DNA of 54,861 bases from Ignavibacteria bacterium (GCA_039933555.1 JBDTNV010000004.1:1-54861), one strand, 5' to 3'; positions 9,456 through 20,091 are shown, counted from the first letter of the stretch. Translations and numbers: made by a program. The notes: generated by a model from the sequence alone, not told the origin.

Positions 9456-11051
9456 TTATTTTTTCCTCACAAAGCCAAAGTAATTTATCCAGAATGTAAC
9501 AGATATTATTGCAAGCAGAGCAATTAGGGTTGTGAGCATACTTCTATACACGAACAACTGAACCATTACAATTACTATCCCAAAGAGAAACGGATATATA
9601 ATAGATGTCATTCTTTGAAATGAGTTGATCAGAGTATTTTCTTTCGTAAAAGGTAATCCGCGGCTAAAAAGATTGTAAATTGAATTATATAAGTTTGCTG
9701 AAGTAAATATAAATACAATATGCAGCAGTGCCTGATGCATTGGAATTTTAATCATAAAAATTATTCCGAGTCCAATTGAAACCGGAATAAGCAGGTAAAC
9801 AACAAAAAACTTCCTGAAGCCATTCTTGAAATTCCTTCTTGAGGTTATAGGGTATGAGTCATATATCCACGCAACCCCGGGAAAGTTTGTAACCTTTGTA
9901 CCGATAATTGCTGTATTCAATACTACAAGTACGCAAAGCATTAACGATATATGGAATACCGGTTTTATTTCAAAGTAACTTCTATCAAACGGGGCAGGGA
10001 GCTGGTTTGTGACAAGAGCAAATACTGCAAGCCCGATTGGAATAATTATCATAGGAAGTATCGCAAGCCTTACGGTTTTATCTTTGTAGAAAAGGGAGCG
10101 TATTAGTCCGAATGAAGAGCGCTCGGTATTATTCCTCAAATAAACGTTCTGAATAAGATCGCTTATCATTGTGAATATGAAGAACCTTTTTTTGCCTTTT
10201 TCACCCCTTGAGATTATTTTTGAGTTAACAAATTTATCCCTTATGAATTCATAATTTGCATCAAGGTACATCTTCAGGCTGTAATAGCTGAGTATCGTGA
10301 TAAATAGGGGAAGTATAAGCTTCGCAATAAGTCCAAACTCGAGTAAATACTGATTTCGTGTTGTTAGGAATGCAAACCAAGCCTGCGGGAAGAAGTTTAT
10401 CAGCCCTTTTGACTGGAGCGATGTAATATAGCCGTTTACGCTGCTGCCGGGCCTGCCTGTGATGCCAAATGATACGAATTGATAAGCCATTATCAGTACC
10501 AATATCATTGCCATCTGGAAGAACATAGTATATGAGCCAATACTCTTTGCTTTGAAAATTCTTAAAGCGGCGCTGTATAATAGTATCAGCAGATTGATTA
10601 CGAAAAAGCATATCATGAATGCTGAGATGAAAAACAAAAAAGCCCTGGGCAGTGATTTCATCATGAAGTAATAATAGACGCTTCCGGGTACTAGCAGAGG
10701 CAGGGATAAGAGCATTAAATAGCGGGTTATCATATACATCTTTGCATTTATAAGAACCCTGCTCTCGATAGGCAATGCAGAAAGTATCTCAGCTTCTGTC
10801 TTTGAAATTATTATATTGTCAAGCTCTGTAATTACTGTGAACGAAAGTATAAGTGTATAGAAAAGGAATAACAGGAATGAGAACTGAAATCCGGTCGGGT
10901 CAGCGTTTTGTTTTAAAAGCAGCCAAGGTAAAAATACACCCGGAATAAAATATGAAATATTGAGATAGAGCATTTTTCTTCCGGAGCCCGTTTTACTGCG
11001 GGTTTCCAGCTTCAGAAGCATATCACCTAATATTTTTGTTTTGCTTGTCAA
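9456..11051 (-). CDS. Polytopic membrane protein, putative ABC-type exporter permease
   Basis: 531 aa, many hydrophobic segments in two blocks, EILSALPI loop typical of such permeases; start codon uncertain. Confidence 0.6.
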   Translation of the reverse strand: MTSKTKILGDMLLKLETRSKTGSGRKMLYLNISYFIPGVFLPWLLLKQNADPTGFQFSFLLFLFYTLILSFTVITELDNIIISKTEAEILSALPIESRVLINAKMYMITRYLMLLSLPLLVPGSVYYYFMMKSLPRAFLFFISAFMICFFVINLLILLYSAALRIFKAKSIGSYTMFFQMAMILVLIMAYQFVSFGITGRPGSSVNGYITSLQSKGLINFFPQAWFAFLTTRNQYLLEFGLIAKLILPLFITILSYYSLKMYLDANYEFIRDKFVNSKIISRGEKGKKRFFIFTMISDLIQNVYLRNNTERSSFGLIRSLFYKDKTVRLAILPMIIIPIGLAVFALVTNQLPAPFDRSYFEIKPVFHISLMLCVLVVLNTAIIGTKVTNFPGVAWIYDSYPITSRRNFKNGFRKFFVVYLLIPVSIGLGIIFMIKIPMHQALLHIVFIFTSANLYNSIYNLFSRGLPFTKENTLINSFQRMTSIIYPFLFGIVIVMVQLFVYRSMLTTLIALLAIISVTFWINYFGFVRKK

Positions 11052-11058
11052 TTATATG

Positions 11059-12108
11059 TTAATTGGTACCATCATTTTTTTTCTGTTTCTTTTCCTCAAG
11101 CTCTTTTAAGAATTGCTGATATAGCAGAATGTTCTTCTTATGTTCTTCATATCCTTCTGCGTAACGGTGTGAACCATCACCTTTTGCCACGAAGTAAAGA
11201 TACCTGTTTTCTTCGGGATATAAGGCTGCAATAATTGAGCTTAGCCCCGGGTTATTTATGGGTCCGGGAGGCAGCCCTTTATGCAAATATGTATTGTATG
11301 GCGATTCTATTTTCAGATCACTGAATAGCAGCCTGTTCTTGTAGCCGCCGGGCAGTATATATTGAACAGTCGGATCAGCCTGAAGTTTCATCCCTTTTTT
11401 GATCCTGTTATAATATACGCCTGCAATTGTCTTTTTCTCAGGCTCAAACCTTGTTTCACCTTCAACAATTGAAGCCATAGTGATAAGTTCAGTTAAAGTA
11501 ATGTTTTTCACTTTCATTTCTTCACGCATCTCAGGCGTTATTTTCTTTCTGAAAGCAGATGAAAGAACGGAGATTATTTCTTTTTCGCGGTTAACTGAGC
11601 TGAACTGGAACTGGTAAGTATCCGGAAATAAAAAACCTTCAAGGTTACCTGCTTCAACTCCAAGGAGTTTAATGAGGCTGTCATTTTTAGCTTCTTCAAC
11701 AAAACGGGCTGAATCAACTCCTATTTGCCTCTGGAGCAGCCTTCCCATTTGCCTGATGTTCAAGCCTTCAGGTATGGTTACGGTGACTGTCCTTATAATT
11801 GTCGGGTCGGTAATTGTATTAAGTACATTCAGGTACGTCAACCCGGTACCAAACTTGTACTCACCGGGAATCAGGTTATCCTGGTAACCCATCAGCCTGC
11901 CTAATGCAATGAACGCAAGCTTATTAAATATTACCTGGCTTTCTTCAAGCTTAATGGCAACACTCCGAAGATTATCGCCTTTGGTAATTTTTACAATTGC
12001 ATCTGTCTGAGAGGGTTTGTAATTCCTGTTCAGAAAACCCATATGCAGAGTAAAAAAAACTGCAAATGAGAATATAAATATGCCAGGAAATACAAATCTG
12101 TTTGTCAT
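11059..12108 (-). CDS. mltG: Endolytic transglycosylase MltG (YceG family)
   Basis: VTIPEG, LEGFLFPDTY, MASIVEGET, LQADPTV, SPYNTY..GLPPGPINNPG, YLYFVA motifs. Confidence 0.95.
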   Translation of the reverse strand: MTNRFVFPGIFIFSFAVFFTLHMGFLNRNYKPSQTDAIVKITKGDNLRSVAIKLEESQVIFNKLAFIALGRLMGYQDNLIPGEYKFGTGLTYLNVLNTITDPTIIRTVTVTIPEGLNIRQMGRLLQRQIGVDSARFVEEAKNDSLIKLLGVEAGNLEGFLFPDTYQFQFSSVNREKEIISVLSSAFRKKITPEMREEMKVKNITLTELITMASIVEGETRFEPEKKTIAGVYYNRIKKGMKLQADPTVQYILPGGYKNRLLFSDLKIESPYNTYLHKGLPPGPINNPGLSSIIAALYPEENRYLYFVAKGDGSHRYAEGYEEHKKNILLYQQFLKELEEKKQKKNDGTN

Positions 12109-12121
12109 TAATCGGGTTTTA

Positions 12122-14119
12122 TTATTTGGTCTTTACTGAATCCTGTTTTATGCTGCTATCGTTGTTTATTCCTTTAAGCATATTGGCTGCTGTGGAATCA
12201 GTTGCATTAGTTGTTAAGTATTTGCTCAATACATTTTTTGCGTCGGGCAGCCTTTTTTGAACTTTATAAAGATTGCTTAATGATAAAACTGCATCCCTGT
12301 AATCAGGGTATATCTCTATTGCCCTAAGAAGGTTTTTTTCAGCTGAGACCTGGTCATTTAGAGATGAGTAGACATAAGCGAGCATAAAATAGGTCAATGA
12401 ACTGTTTGGATCCATGACTGCGACTTGTTTAAGTACATTCAGTGCCTGTTGGTACTGTTTTTGGGCCAGCAGTTGGTTTACATACTGATAACCTGTGTTG
12501 GCTTCAGCAGAAACAATGTGAGTTTTATCCGGTAAATATTTATATACCTGCATGATTTCAAAATTATCTTCACCTGCAGAAAATAACGAGGGCTGATTTA
12601 CAACCTGGAACCATTCCTTTAGAAAAGCCATGTATGTTACATTCTGTTTCTTTAGCTGTTCTTCAACAAAACCGTTAAATTCCTTAGTATTTAGCTTGGA
12701 AATAAATTCAGGATTTATCAGGCCAACAACATCTACAACTTTCCTCTCAGAATAATATGCGATCGCGCCCACATCATGTGTTGCTATGATAGAGCCGGCA
12801 GGAGTATTATTCTTAAGCCATTTTGCTGTTTCCACCTGTCTGATATAAATATGCCGTGACTGGTCCTGGAAAACTTCTTTATTCTTATTATAGCCGGCTG
12901 CAACATATAAAACAGTTCCTGCCAATAACAGAATGTTCAGCGCATTAACAAGTTTTTTATCACCAAGAAAATTAGCAAACCACTTAAAGAACTCCCTGGA
13001 ACCATAGACAGACAGCAGTATGAAGAACGGTATAAGCGGCATCATGTACCTGCCAAAGCGGTGTGCATAGGGGAGCTTATACCAGTAGATAAAAATATGT
13101 ATGAGAATGAATAATAATGCGGGAACCAGAATATTATATTTTAACTTAACGGAATCTTTAAAAAGGGCTATCACTCCAAAAACAAATGGAATGAAGATCA
13201 ATAAATAAGCTGATTCAGTAAAGTAATCCCACACTTCAATTTTCAAAAAATCAGCCCTGCTTCGGAACTCCGCTGAGTAATACTTAACTTTAGCGCCGTA
13301 AGTATTGGGTAATAGTGAACCTGAGATCATTAAATTCATAATAAAGTATGCCCCTATTATTAATCCAAATACACCGGCTATTTTGTAAAGATCTTTTCTA
13401 TCAAATAACGCGATATCAGAATTTTCCTTTGGATTTTTTTGCCGCAGATAAACGCGGAATAAATAATCAATAACAATGGCGGCAATAAAAGCCAAAGCAT
13501 CGGGCCTTGTCCAGAATGTCAATCCCAATGTTACTGCAAAACCTATTGCATTCAATTTGCGGTAATAATAATAACATGCAGCCAGCAGTGATATATACAA
13601 CGTTGTTTCCATTCCTGTTACAGATATCAGGTTAAGCCATTTATCAAATACTAACAGCAGCGCTGCAGCAATTGCCAGCCAGTTTTCTTTTAGAAATATA
13701 TTTCCTGCCAGCCGGTAGAAATAAAACACGGAAAGTGAAAAGAATAATATACCGAGTACATAGCTAAGCCACATTTCGTTTTTTGTAATCAGGAATCCAG
13801 CTGCGAGGATCAATGTGTAAATTGGTGATGTCGATCCCGCTGTAACAAGCTCATTCTTGAAATATGAAAAGCTTCCATACTCCGCGATGTTCCTTGCAAA
13901 TTGCAAATGTATCCAGGGGTCATCAAGCGGAAAACTGTAATAATGGTTTACAGAAAAAGCGTATGTAATATAATAATATGGCAGTATGACTGAAAGAATC
14001 AGCAAGACTGCCAGAATTATGTAATTTGAAGTTGGATTTAAGTTAAGCCCAAAGTTAATATCTAGAGCTTTTTTAACGTTTTTTTGCTGTTTTTCCTGTT
14101 TTTTGGTCGATTTTGCCAT
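12122..14119 (-). CDS. GT-C superfamily membrane glycosyltransferase with C-terminal TPR
   Basis: DD motif after first TM (LDDPWIHLQFARN), TGMET, RPD, DVGAIAYYS..DVVGL; TPR-like helices in last ~120 aa. Confidence 0.75.
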   Translation of the reverse strand: MAKSTKKQEKQQKNVKKALDINFGLNLNPTSNYIILAVLLILSVILPYYYITYAFSVNHYYSFPLDDPWIHLQFARNIAEYGSFSYFKNELVTAGSTSPIYTLILAAGFLITKNEMWLSYVLGILFFSLSVFYFYRLAGNIFLKENWLAIAAALLLVFDKWLNLISVTGMETTLYISLLAACYYYYRKLNAIGFAVTLGLTFWTRPDALAFIAAIVIDYLFRVYLRQKNPKENSDIALFDRKDLYKIAGVFGLIIGAYFIMNLMISGSLLPNTYGAKVKYYSAEFRSRADFLKIEVWDYFTESAYLLIFIPFVFGVIALFKDSVKLKYNILVPALLFILIHIFIYWYKLPYAHRFGRYMMPLIPFFILLSVYGSREFFKWFANFLGDKKLVNALNILLLAGTVLYVAAGYNKNKEVFQDQSRHIYIRQVETAKWLKNNTPAGSIIATHDVGAIAYYSERKVVDVVGLINPEFISKLNTKEFNGFVEEQLKKQNVTYMAFLKEWFQVVNQPSLFSAGEDNFEIMQVYKYLPDKTHIVSAEANTGYQYVNQLLAQKQYQQALNVLKQVAVMDPNSSLTYFMLAYVYSSLNDQVSAEKNLLRAIEIYPDYRDAVLSLSNLYKVQKRLPDAKNVLSKYLTTNATDSTAANMLKGINNDSSIKQDSVKTK

Positions 14120-14164
14120 TCAATAATAACCTACTATATTATCCGTTTTTTTGCATAATAAGTT

Positions 14165-14172
14165 CAAAAATA
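14165..14172 (-). promoter_or_regulatory. Bacteroidota-type -7 promoter box (TAnnTTTG)
   Basis: TATTTTTG on minus strand upstream of the 14119 start. Confidence 0.45.
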
Positions 14173-14271
14173 GCAATATTATGGGTGGTATTCAATTTAA
14201 TATAGAAATTATTTTAAGCATTTATCGATTACAGTAGAAGGAAATCATCCCCGAAGAATCAATTAATTATA

Positions 14272-14290
14272 TATATTTGTAATAAAGGAG
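14272..14290 (+). promoter_or_regulatory. -7 promoter box TATATTTG plus Shine-Dalgarno AAGGAG
   Basis: TATATTTG at 14272-14279, AAGGAG at 14285-14290, ATG at 14300. Confidence 0.6.
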
Positions 14291-14299
14291 AATGTAACT

Positions 14300-14647
14300 A
14301 TGATAAAGAATCATGTTGTAATGATAATAAACGCAGTAATATTAATTGTTGTTGGTATCTGGGGCTATTTTACTTCAGGGAGCCCTACAGCATTAATAGC
14401 TCCCGCAATCGGGTTGGTATTATTTGCACTTGCCTTTCCTACAAGGAAGGAAAATCACACTGCTGCGCATATAGCTGTTGGGTTAACCCTGGTTGCAGCG
14501 GTAGTTTTTTTGATAATAGGTATAAGAAGGGGCAATGCAATGGTAATTGGCATGGGAGTTGTTACTTTTATTTGTCTTGACCTTTATATTCTGAATTTTA
14601 TTCTGAGGAAGAAACAAAGAGAGGCTGAAAAATTACCGGGTAAATAA
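14300..14647 (+). CDS. Small membrane protein, TMEM14-like
   Basis: Four hydrophobic helices; GIWGYFTSGSPTALI motif; SD upstream. Confidence 0.65.
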   Translation: MIKNHVVMIINAVILIVVGIWGYFTSGSPTALIAPAIGLVLFALAFPTRKENHTAAHIAVGLTLVAAVVFLIIGIRRGNAMVIGMGVVTFICLDLYILNFILRKKQREAEKLPGK

Positions 14648-14673
14648 AAATCCAAGATGTCCGTATTTGTGGG

Positions 14674-14717
14674 AGTAAAAAGCAATCTTATTAACTTACA
14701 ATAAGATTGCTTCTACT
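14674..14717. repeat. Inverted repeat (13-bp perfect stem); probable degenerate REP doublet or terminator
   Basis: AAGCAATCTTATT (14680-14692) / AATAAGATTGCTT (14700-14712) between convergent genes. Confidence 0.7.
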
Positions 14718-14787
14718 GACGGTCTAATAATATCCTTTGCAATCAATACAATTGATACCGGAGTTAACTGGTTATTCGGAAATCAAC

Positions 14788-15207
14788 TCATCTCTTTTTT
14801 TCAATTTTATCTTCATAACAGGGGTTATGAGGGGTATAATTAGAATAGTTTAATGTTAAAGTTAATTCAGAAGGTTGGTTTTTGTTAACAAATGGATTAT
14901 TGGGATGTGTTTGAGCCCAATATTGATCAGTATTCCATGGATCTGGATCGTAGTGAGCTACAATCTGATAATAATAACCTGGTTGAACATTCGCAGTATA
15001 AATATTACTACCAGGCTGATGTGATAATGTATAGGAGTAATTACATCCAGGTGATTCAATCGCGTATACTTGAGCATCTGAATTATAAGGGCCGTATAAC
15101 TGTACAACCAAATTATCGTTACCTTTTAAAATATCAAATCCAGAAAAATTTAGATAAACAAAAAAAAGAAGACATAAAAGGCTCAAAGTTGAATTAATTT
15201 TTTTCAT
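14788..15207 (-). CDS. Hypothetical exported protein
   Basis: 139 aa, MKK plus hydrophobic signal-like N-terminus, beta-rich Tyr/Asn/Pro mature part. Confidence 0.6.
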   Translation of the reverse strand: MKKINSTLSLLCLLFFVYLNFSGFDILKGNDNLVVQLYGPYNSDAQVYAIESPGCNYSYTLSHQPGSNIYTANVQPGYYYQIVAHYDPDPWNTDQYWAQTHPNNPFVNKNQPSELTLTLNYSNYTPHNPCYEDKIEKKR

Positions 15208-15355
15208 TTTCTATATCACATTCTAATTGAAAAATTAATATTAGATACGAATAAATTGTTTTTTAAAATATTATAATAAAATAATTGTATTTACAGTAAA
15301 ATTATTTTACCATTTTTTTAACGTAATTTCAATTTATTATCACTTGCTCTATAAT

Positions 15356-15381
15356 AAAAAAGGGGCCATTGCCCCTTTTTT
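15356..15381 (-). terminator. Intrinsic terminator
   Basis: AAAAAA-GGGGC-catt-GCCCC-TTTTTT, 3' of the 15404 stop. Confidence 0.85.
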
Positions 15382-15403
15382 AAAATCTATTATAAATAGC
15401 AGT

Positions 15404-16450
15404 TTATTTGACCAATGTAAGTTTTTTGGTATCTTTAAAGATATTACCGGTTTCAGATCTTGCTTCGATACTGTAAAGATACATGCCTGAGCTTAATCCT
15501 TTAGCGTTCATATCAACTGAATATGTGCCTGCAGAATAATCACCGGAAACCAGCTGTATAACTTCTTTACCAAGCATATCATAAACTTTCATTGTAACAA
15601 AGCTTCTTTCCGGTACTGAGAAATCTATCTTTGTTGAAGGATTGAACGGGTTTGGATAGTTCTGTGATAATGAGAAATTCTGCGCTACAGTAGTTAGTGG
15701 TGTAACACCCGTTACAAGATTACTCCATGATTTTGCTACTCTGAAACCATCTATTTCCATGGTTGGTGCTATAGCAGCAGAACCCTGTCTTATAGCAACT
15801 CTGCTGTAGTTATTAAGATCACCTGCAGGTCCTGTAACTGGACCCAGTGTCGGTGAACCAGGTTCGGTTCCGGGTAAACTTGCATTAAATATATAAACTC
15901 TTATTTCATCGTCAGTGCTGGTTCCTGTTAAGAATGTATATTTAATAATAATAAGGTAAGTCGTGTTTAAGGCGTATGTAGTTGGGGTCCATGAAATGGT
16001 GTTGCTTGCGCTGGTACCTTTGCTACATCCGAACGATACACCGTTCAATGAATCTTTTACATAAAACCTGGCTGTATAATTTGTGGTCGATGTTGATGAA
16101 AGCATTGCAAGAAAGTAATCTCCACCTGCTTTTACTGAATCAAGATTAACCATAAATGATGTATAGAAACTTCCTGTACTATCTGCAGTGAACTGCTTGT
16201 AAGCATCGTTACCGTTATTTGCCAAATGACATTGATTACCAATTCCGGATAAGCTGTAACCGGTAAAAGTTAAACCCGGTGTTGCAACTAAAATTGTATT
16301 TGTAGTACCGGTATTATAAACCCAACCGTGCGCTCCAATTGAATCACCTGCGGTATAGTTAAAATTTTCGTCAAATAAAATCTGACTTGAAGCTCTTTCC
16401 ACGATAGCCAGTGAAAGTATTGCCATAACAAGAAGTAATAGTCTTCTCAT
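15404..16450 (-). CDS. Secreted T9SS sorting domain-containing protein (Thr/Ser/Gly-rich beta domain)
   Basis: Signal peptide, FSLSQNYPNPFNP...KKLTLVK, SD AAGGAG (16460-16465), TATATTTG box (16497-16504) on minus strand. Confidence 0.9.
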   Translation of the reverse strand: MRRLLLLVMAILSLAIVERASSQILFDENFNYTAGDSIGAHGWVYNTGTTNTILVATPGLTFTGYSLSGIGNQCHLANNGNDAYKQFTADSTGSFYTSFMVNLDSVKAGGDYFLAMLSSTSTTNYTARFYVKDSLNGVSFGCSKGTSASNTISWTPTTYALNTTYLIIIKYTFLTGTSTDDEIRVYIFNASLPGTEPGSPTLGPVTGPAGDLNNYSRVAIRQGSAAIAPTMEIDGFRVAKSWSNLVTGVTPLTTVAQNFSLSQNYPNPFNPSTKIDFSVPERSFVTMKVYDMLGKEVIQLVSGDYSAGTYSVDMNAKGLSSGMYLYSIEARSETGNIFKDTKKLTLVK

Positions 16451-16638
16451 GTTTATAGTCTCCTTTAAATTATAAGATAATGTTTAGTTGAATATACAAA
16501 TATAAGGATTTTGGGATTAATTAACTGTGAGGAAATTGTTAAGAATGGGTTCGCAAAACATCAAAAATAGCTCAAAAACAGGACTTTTAAGGATTTTATA
16601 TACTGTAAATTAGGGATAAGAAAGTAATTGTTAGTAAC

Positions 16639-19600
16639 TTAACGGTTTACTGATTTAATTTTCTCAAGATACTTCTGGATCAAAACTTCATAATCTTCTG
16701 TGTAATTTTCTTTTTGAAGTTCAAGTGCATCCTGGTTAATTCCGTTAATAATGCTAGGACGAGAAATAACAATTTCCGAAGGCGAAGTTCTGTCAAAATT
16801 CTTTCCCGGGCGTGATTCACGCTTCTGCTCAAAATCTTTTTCACGGGTTGAAAGCTGGAAGTCGAGCATTCTGGAAAGTATCTTTTCCTGTCTCTTCTTG
16901 GTTTCAGGCGTCACGTTATTTTCCTGCAGGTCTTTGATAATTTCCTGCATGTCTTTTTGCACCTGGTCAAGATTTCCAAGCAGTTTTTTTCCTTCTGACT
17001 CCTGTTGTTTCTTGAATTCTTCATTAAGCTGGTTAACACCGTCTTTAATCTGCTGCTGCTCTGTAGCAAGTTTCTGCATCTGTGCCATCTGTTCCTGGGT
17101 AAGCTTTCCTTCGTTGCCGTTTGGGTTCATTCCCTGCATCTGCTGGTTTAATTGCTGCTGTTTGCCGATCATATCCTGTAATTGCTGCAATAACTGCTGT
17201 AAACCCATGCCCGGTTTTTTACCATTTCCGGGTTTTCCGCTGTTGCACATCTGCTGCATTTTCTCGGCAGCTTTATCCAGACTCTCTTTTGCATTCCCCT
17301 GTGATTTATTAGCGTTCTTCCCGTCTTTCTTGCTTAATTGATCCGAGGCTTTCTGCATTTCATTGAACGCATCACCGAGATTTTTACTCATCATCGGGCT
17401 CATTCCCATTTGCTGCGCCATGCTCATCATTTCTTCCGTCAGGTTAGATAGATCGTTTTGCAGCTGATCCTGTTTCGCTTTATTATCCTGGAAATCTTTT
17501 GCATCACTGTTCTTATCCAGTTCTTCTGATTCCTTCATCAGCTCGCCCTGGCGTTTTGACATTTCTTTAAGCTTATCAAGATACTCCTGCATTTTCTTCT
17601 TTAACTGCTGATTCTCCTGGTCCATCATGTTCTGCAGCATTTCCTGCATCTGCTGGTTCATCTGGTTCATATCCTGGGATAATTCTTCTTCTTTCTTCTG
17701 TGACTGATCTTTGTTCCCCTGCTGTAAGTTCTCCTGGTTTTGCTGCATTTTCTGCTCCAGCATTTTCTTCATCATATCTTCAATCATCTTCTGCATTTCC
17801 TTAGACATCTTCTGTTCGCCGTTCTTCTTCATACTTTCGGAAAGCTCTTTCATCTGCTTCTGGAAATCCTGCATGTTACTCTTAATATCTTCCTGCTTCT
17901 TTGACTGATCATTCATACTGTTCTTATCATTCTTCTCGGTGTTCTTTGTCTCTTCTTTTAAGGCATCCTGTTTTTTGGTCATATCATCAAGCTTCTGGGT
18001 AAGCTCGCCAAGCTTTTGCTCATTCATTATTTTGTTCAAAAGCTCCATGGTCTTTTCAAGTGATTTCTTGAAGTTCTCTTCATCAAACTTGAAATTTTTC
18101 ATGGCTTCTTTAAGCTGGTCCTTGTTCATGTTCTTCATTGCTTCCTGAAGCTTCTTCAGGGCATCGCGCAGTTCCTTTGAATCTATCTTCTGGAACATAT
18201 TCTGAAGCTCCATATATTTATCTAGCGTTTCTTTTGAGAGCTGGCTGTTCTGCTGGAGCTCCTTCATCAGGTCTTCCATCTTCTGCTGGGTATTATTCAG
18301 GTTGTTCTGAATGTTTTCCATCTTCTGCTGCATTTCCTGGTTCTTCTTCGGGTCGTTTAATCCCATTTCCTCGGGATTCTTCTCCATCTTTTCCTTAAGC
18401 TCATCAAGCTCCTGCTTCAGATCCATCGCGTCATCAAACGCGGATTTCAGCGAATTCTCTATTTCATCCTTAGATTTCTCGGTCTTTTTCATTAATGATT
18501 CAAGAGAAGGATATATCAATCTTTTAGTCTCTGAACGGGATACCTTTGGACCGCTGTAACCGTCATTATCATAAATCTCAACAAAATATTCTACCACGTC
18601 TTCAGAACCGAGATTAAGTGATGAGAGATTCCATAAATATGGAACTTCAAGTCCGGTAGCGTCTGTATTCTTTATCGGAATTTCTGCATAGCGGTAATCT
18701 TTGTCAGTTGGCCCGAACTTTGAGCTTACAGTTTTATAGCCAAGCCTCATTTTTGTGAAGCCAAAATCATCTGTTACACGGGCGCGAATAAGTAATTCAC
18801 GCTTACCCTGAACATTCATTTCGTTGTTATCAGGCTCTATAATAGATATGTTCGGGAACTGATCAGGGAATACACGGACTGTATATTGTTTTGGATTTGT
18901 ACCGGATAGCTCTTTGCCGTTAAAATCTTTTACAACATTTACCGTAAATGTGCCGTTTGAAGAAGCTATGAATGAGCCGCGTGCTGTTTTACCGGTGACA
19001 TCCATTGTAACAGGGACTGTTGCGCCTGCAAACTGCACCAGAGCACGGCTTAAGTCATCTGAAGCATCAAGCTCTACATATATAGTACTGCCTGCAATGG
19101 TTGTAATTTCGGTGCTTTCAACTGTCCGTGAAGGAAGCTTTGTATAAGCCGGCGGGTAGACAGTTATCTTTACGCTCTTAATAACCGGCCTGTTGGTGAT
19201 AGTTACGATGTATGAACTGCTCTTTACGCCTTTGTATTCAAACCAGTATATTGTTTGAGAATTGATATTCTTAATTGTAGTCTTAAATTCATTTGTTCCT
19301 GATGCCTGAACTTTCTCGTCATTTTCCGAAATTTCTATTCCGTCAGCAGTTACTTCCTTTGTATGAAAAGTTATTTCATCGGTCTTGTAATTTGGGTCAT
19401 AGAACTTAATGAGTGCAGTTACATCAAGGTTCTCACCTTTTGAGAGCTCTACATTGCCCGGGGTAACATCAAAGGCAATGCCAAGCGTATTATCAACAAA
19501 CGTGAAATCGTAGTTAACTATCCGGTTAGCTGCCGCTAAGAACGTATTAGGGAAGGCGAACATTAAAATTGTAAAGATAGAAAATGCTGAAACGAAAAAT

Positions 19601-20091
19601 ATGAGAAGTGATGTATTTTTTTTGAATGTAATTATTCTTTTGAAATCCAGCGGCCTGGCTTTTTCGTTTACCTGGCTGATTGTTTCTGCGGCAAGATCAT
19701 TTGAAAATATATGGTCATTCCTTTTGGTATAATCGTAAAGCTGGATTGCATTTAGCAGGTTATCTTTTATTTCAGGGTAGGAGCCGCCGATCTTTCTTGC
19801 GTAACGCTTAACACTTGCAGTGTTTGAAAGCTTTGAAAATGAATTAATGGCTGAAAGAATTACCATTACAGCAGTTGCAGCAAATGATGAAATGAATCCG
19901 AAGTAAATTATTTTGCGAAGGGTTGTAGAAAGCTCAAAAATTGCTTCAAGACTTATGAATAAAAATGCCAATACCGCAAATGCAAAGAGCATTAATATTG
20001 TATAGCGTAATGCCAAGAAGAGGATATCTTTTTTACCTACTTCAGATATCCTTGTTAGAAAACTGCGATATGTAAGCTCTAAACTGCTCAT
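16639..20091 (-). CDS. DUF4175 family membrane-anchored coiled-coil protein
   Basis: Three N-terminal TMs, Ig-like middle (YPPAYT, DDFGF, YFVEIYDNDGYSGPK), very long Q/E/K/M coiled coil. Confidence 0.8.
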   Translation of the reverse strand: MSSLELTYRSFLTRISEVGKKDILFLALRYTILMLFAFAVLAFLFISLEAIFELSTTLRKIIYFGFISSFAATAVMVILSAINSFSKLSNTASVKRYARKIGGSYPEIKDNLLNAIQLYDYTKRNDHIFSNDLAAETISQVNEKARPLDFKRIITFKKNTSLLIFFVSAFSIFTILMFAFPNTFLAAANRIVNYDFTFVDNTLGIAFDVTPGNVELSKGENLDVTALIKFYDPNYKTDEITFHTKEVTADGIEISENDEKVQASGTNEFKTTIKNINSQTIYWFEYKGVKSSSYIVTITNRPVIKSVKITVYPPAYTKLPSRTVESTEITTIAGSTIYVELDASDDLSRALVQFAGATVPVTMDVTGKTARGSFIASSNGTFTVNVVKDFNGKELSGTNPKQYTVRVFPDQFPNISIIEPDNNEMNVQGKRELLIRARVTDDFGFTKMRLGYKTVSSKFGPTDKDYRYAEIPIKNTDATGLEVPYLWNLSSLNLGSEDVVEYFVEIYDNDGYSGPKVSRSETKRLIYPSLESLMKKTEKSKDEIENSLKSAFDDAMDLKQELDELKEKMEKNPEEMGLNDPKKNQEMQQKMENIQNNLNNTQQKMEDLMKELQQNSQLSKETLDKYMELQNMFQKIDSKELRDALKKLQEAMKNMNKDQLKEAMKNFKFDEENFKKSLEKTMELLNKIMNEQKLGELTQKLDDMTKKQDALKEETKNTEKNDKNSMNDQSKKQEDIKSNMQDFQKQMKELSESMKKNGEQKMSKEMQKMIEDMMKKMLEQKMQQNQENLQQGNKDQSQKKEEELSQDMNQMNQQMQEMLQNMMDQENQQLKKKMQEYLDKLKEMSKRQGELMKESEELDKNSDAKDFQDNKAKQDQLQNDLSNLTEEMMSMAQQMGMSPMMSKNLGDAFNEMQKASDQLSKKDGKNANKSQGNAKESLDKAAEKMQQMCNSGKPGNGKKPGMGLQQLLQQLQDMIGKQQQLNQQMQGMNPNGNEGKLTQEQMAQMQKLATEQQQIKDGVNQLNEEFKKQQESEGKKLLGNLDQVQKDMQEIIKDLQENNVTPETKKRQEKILSRMLDFQLSTREKDFEQKRESRPGKNFDRTSPSEIVISRPSIINGINQDALELQKENYTEDYEVLIQKYLEKIKSVNR

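Noticed and set aside
14892-15197. 101-aa plus-strand ORF
   Set aside because: Antisense to the 139-aa ORF, which has a credible signal peptide
16751-19147. Several plus-strand Cys/Ser/Phe-rich ORFs
   Set aside because: Antisense shadows of the Gln/Glu/Lys/Met coiled coil and Ig-like region of DUF4175
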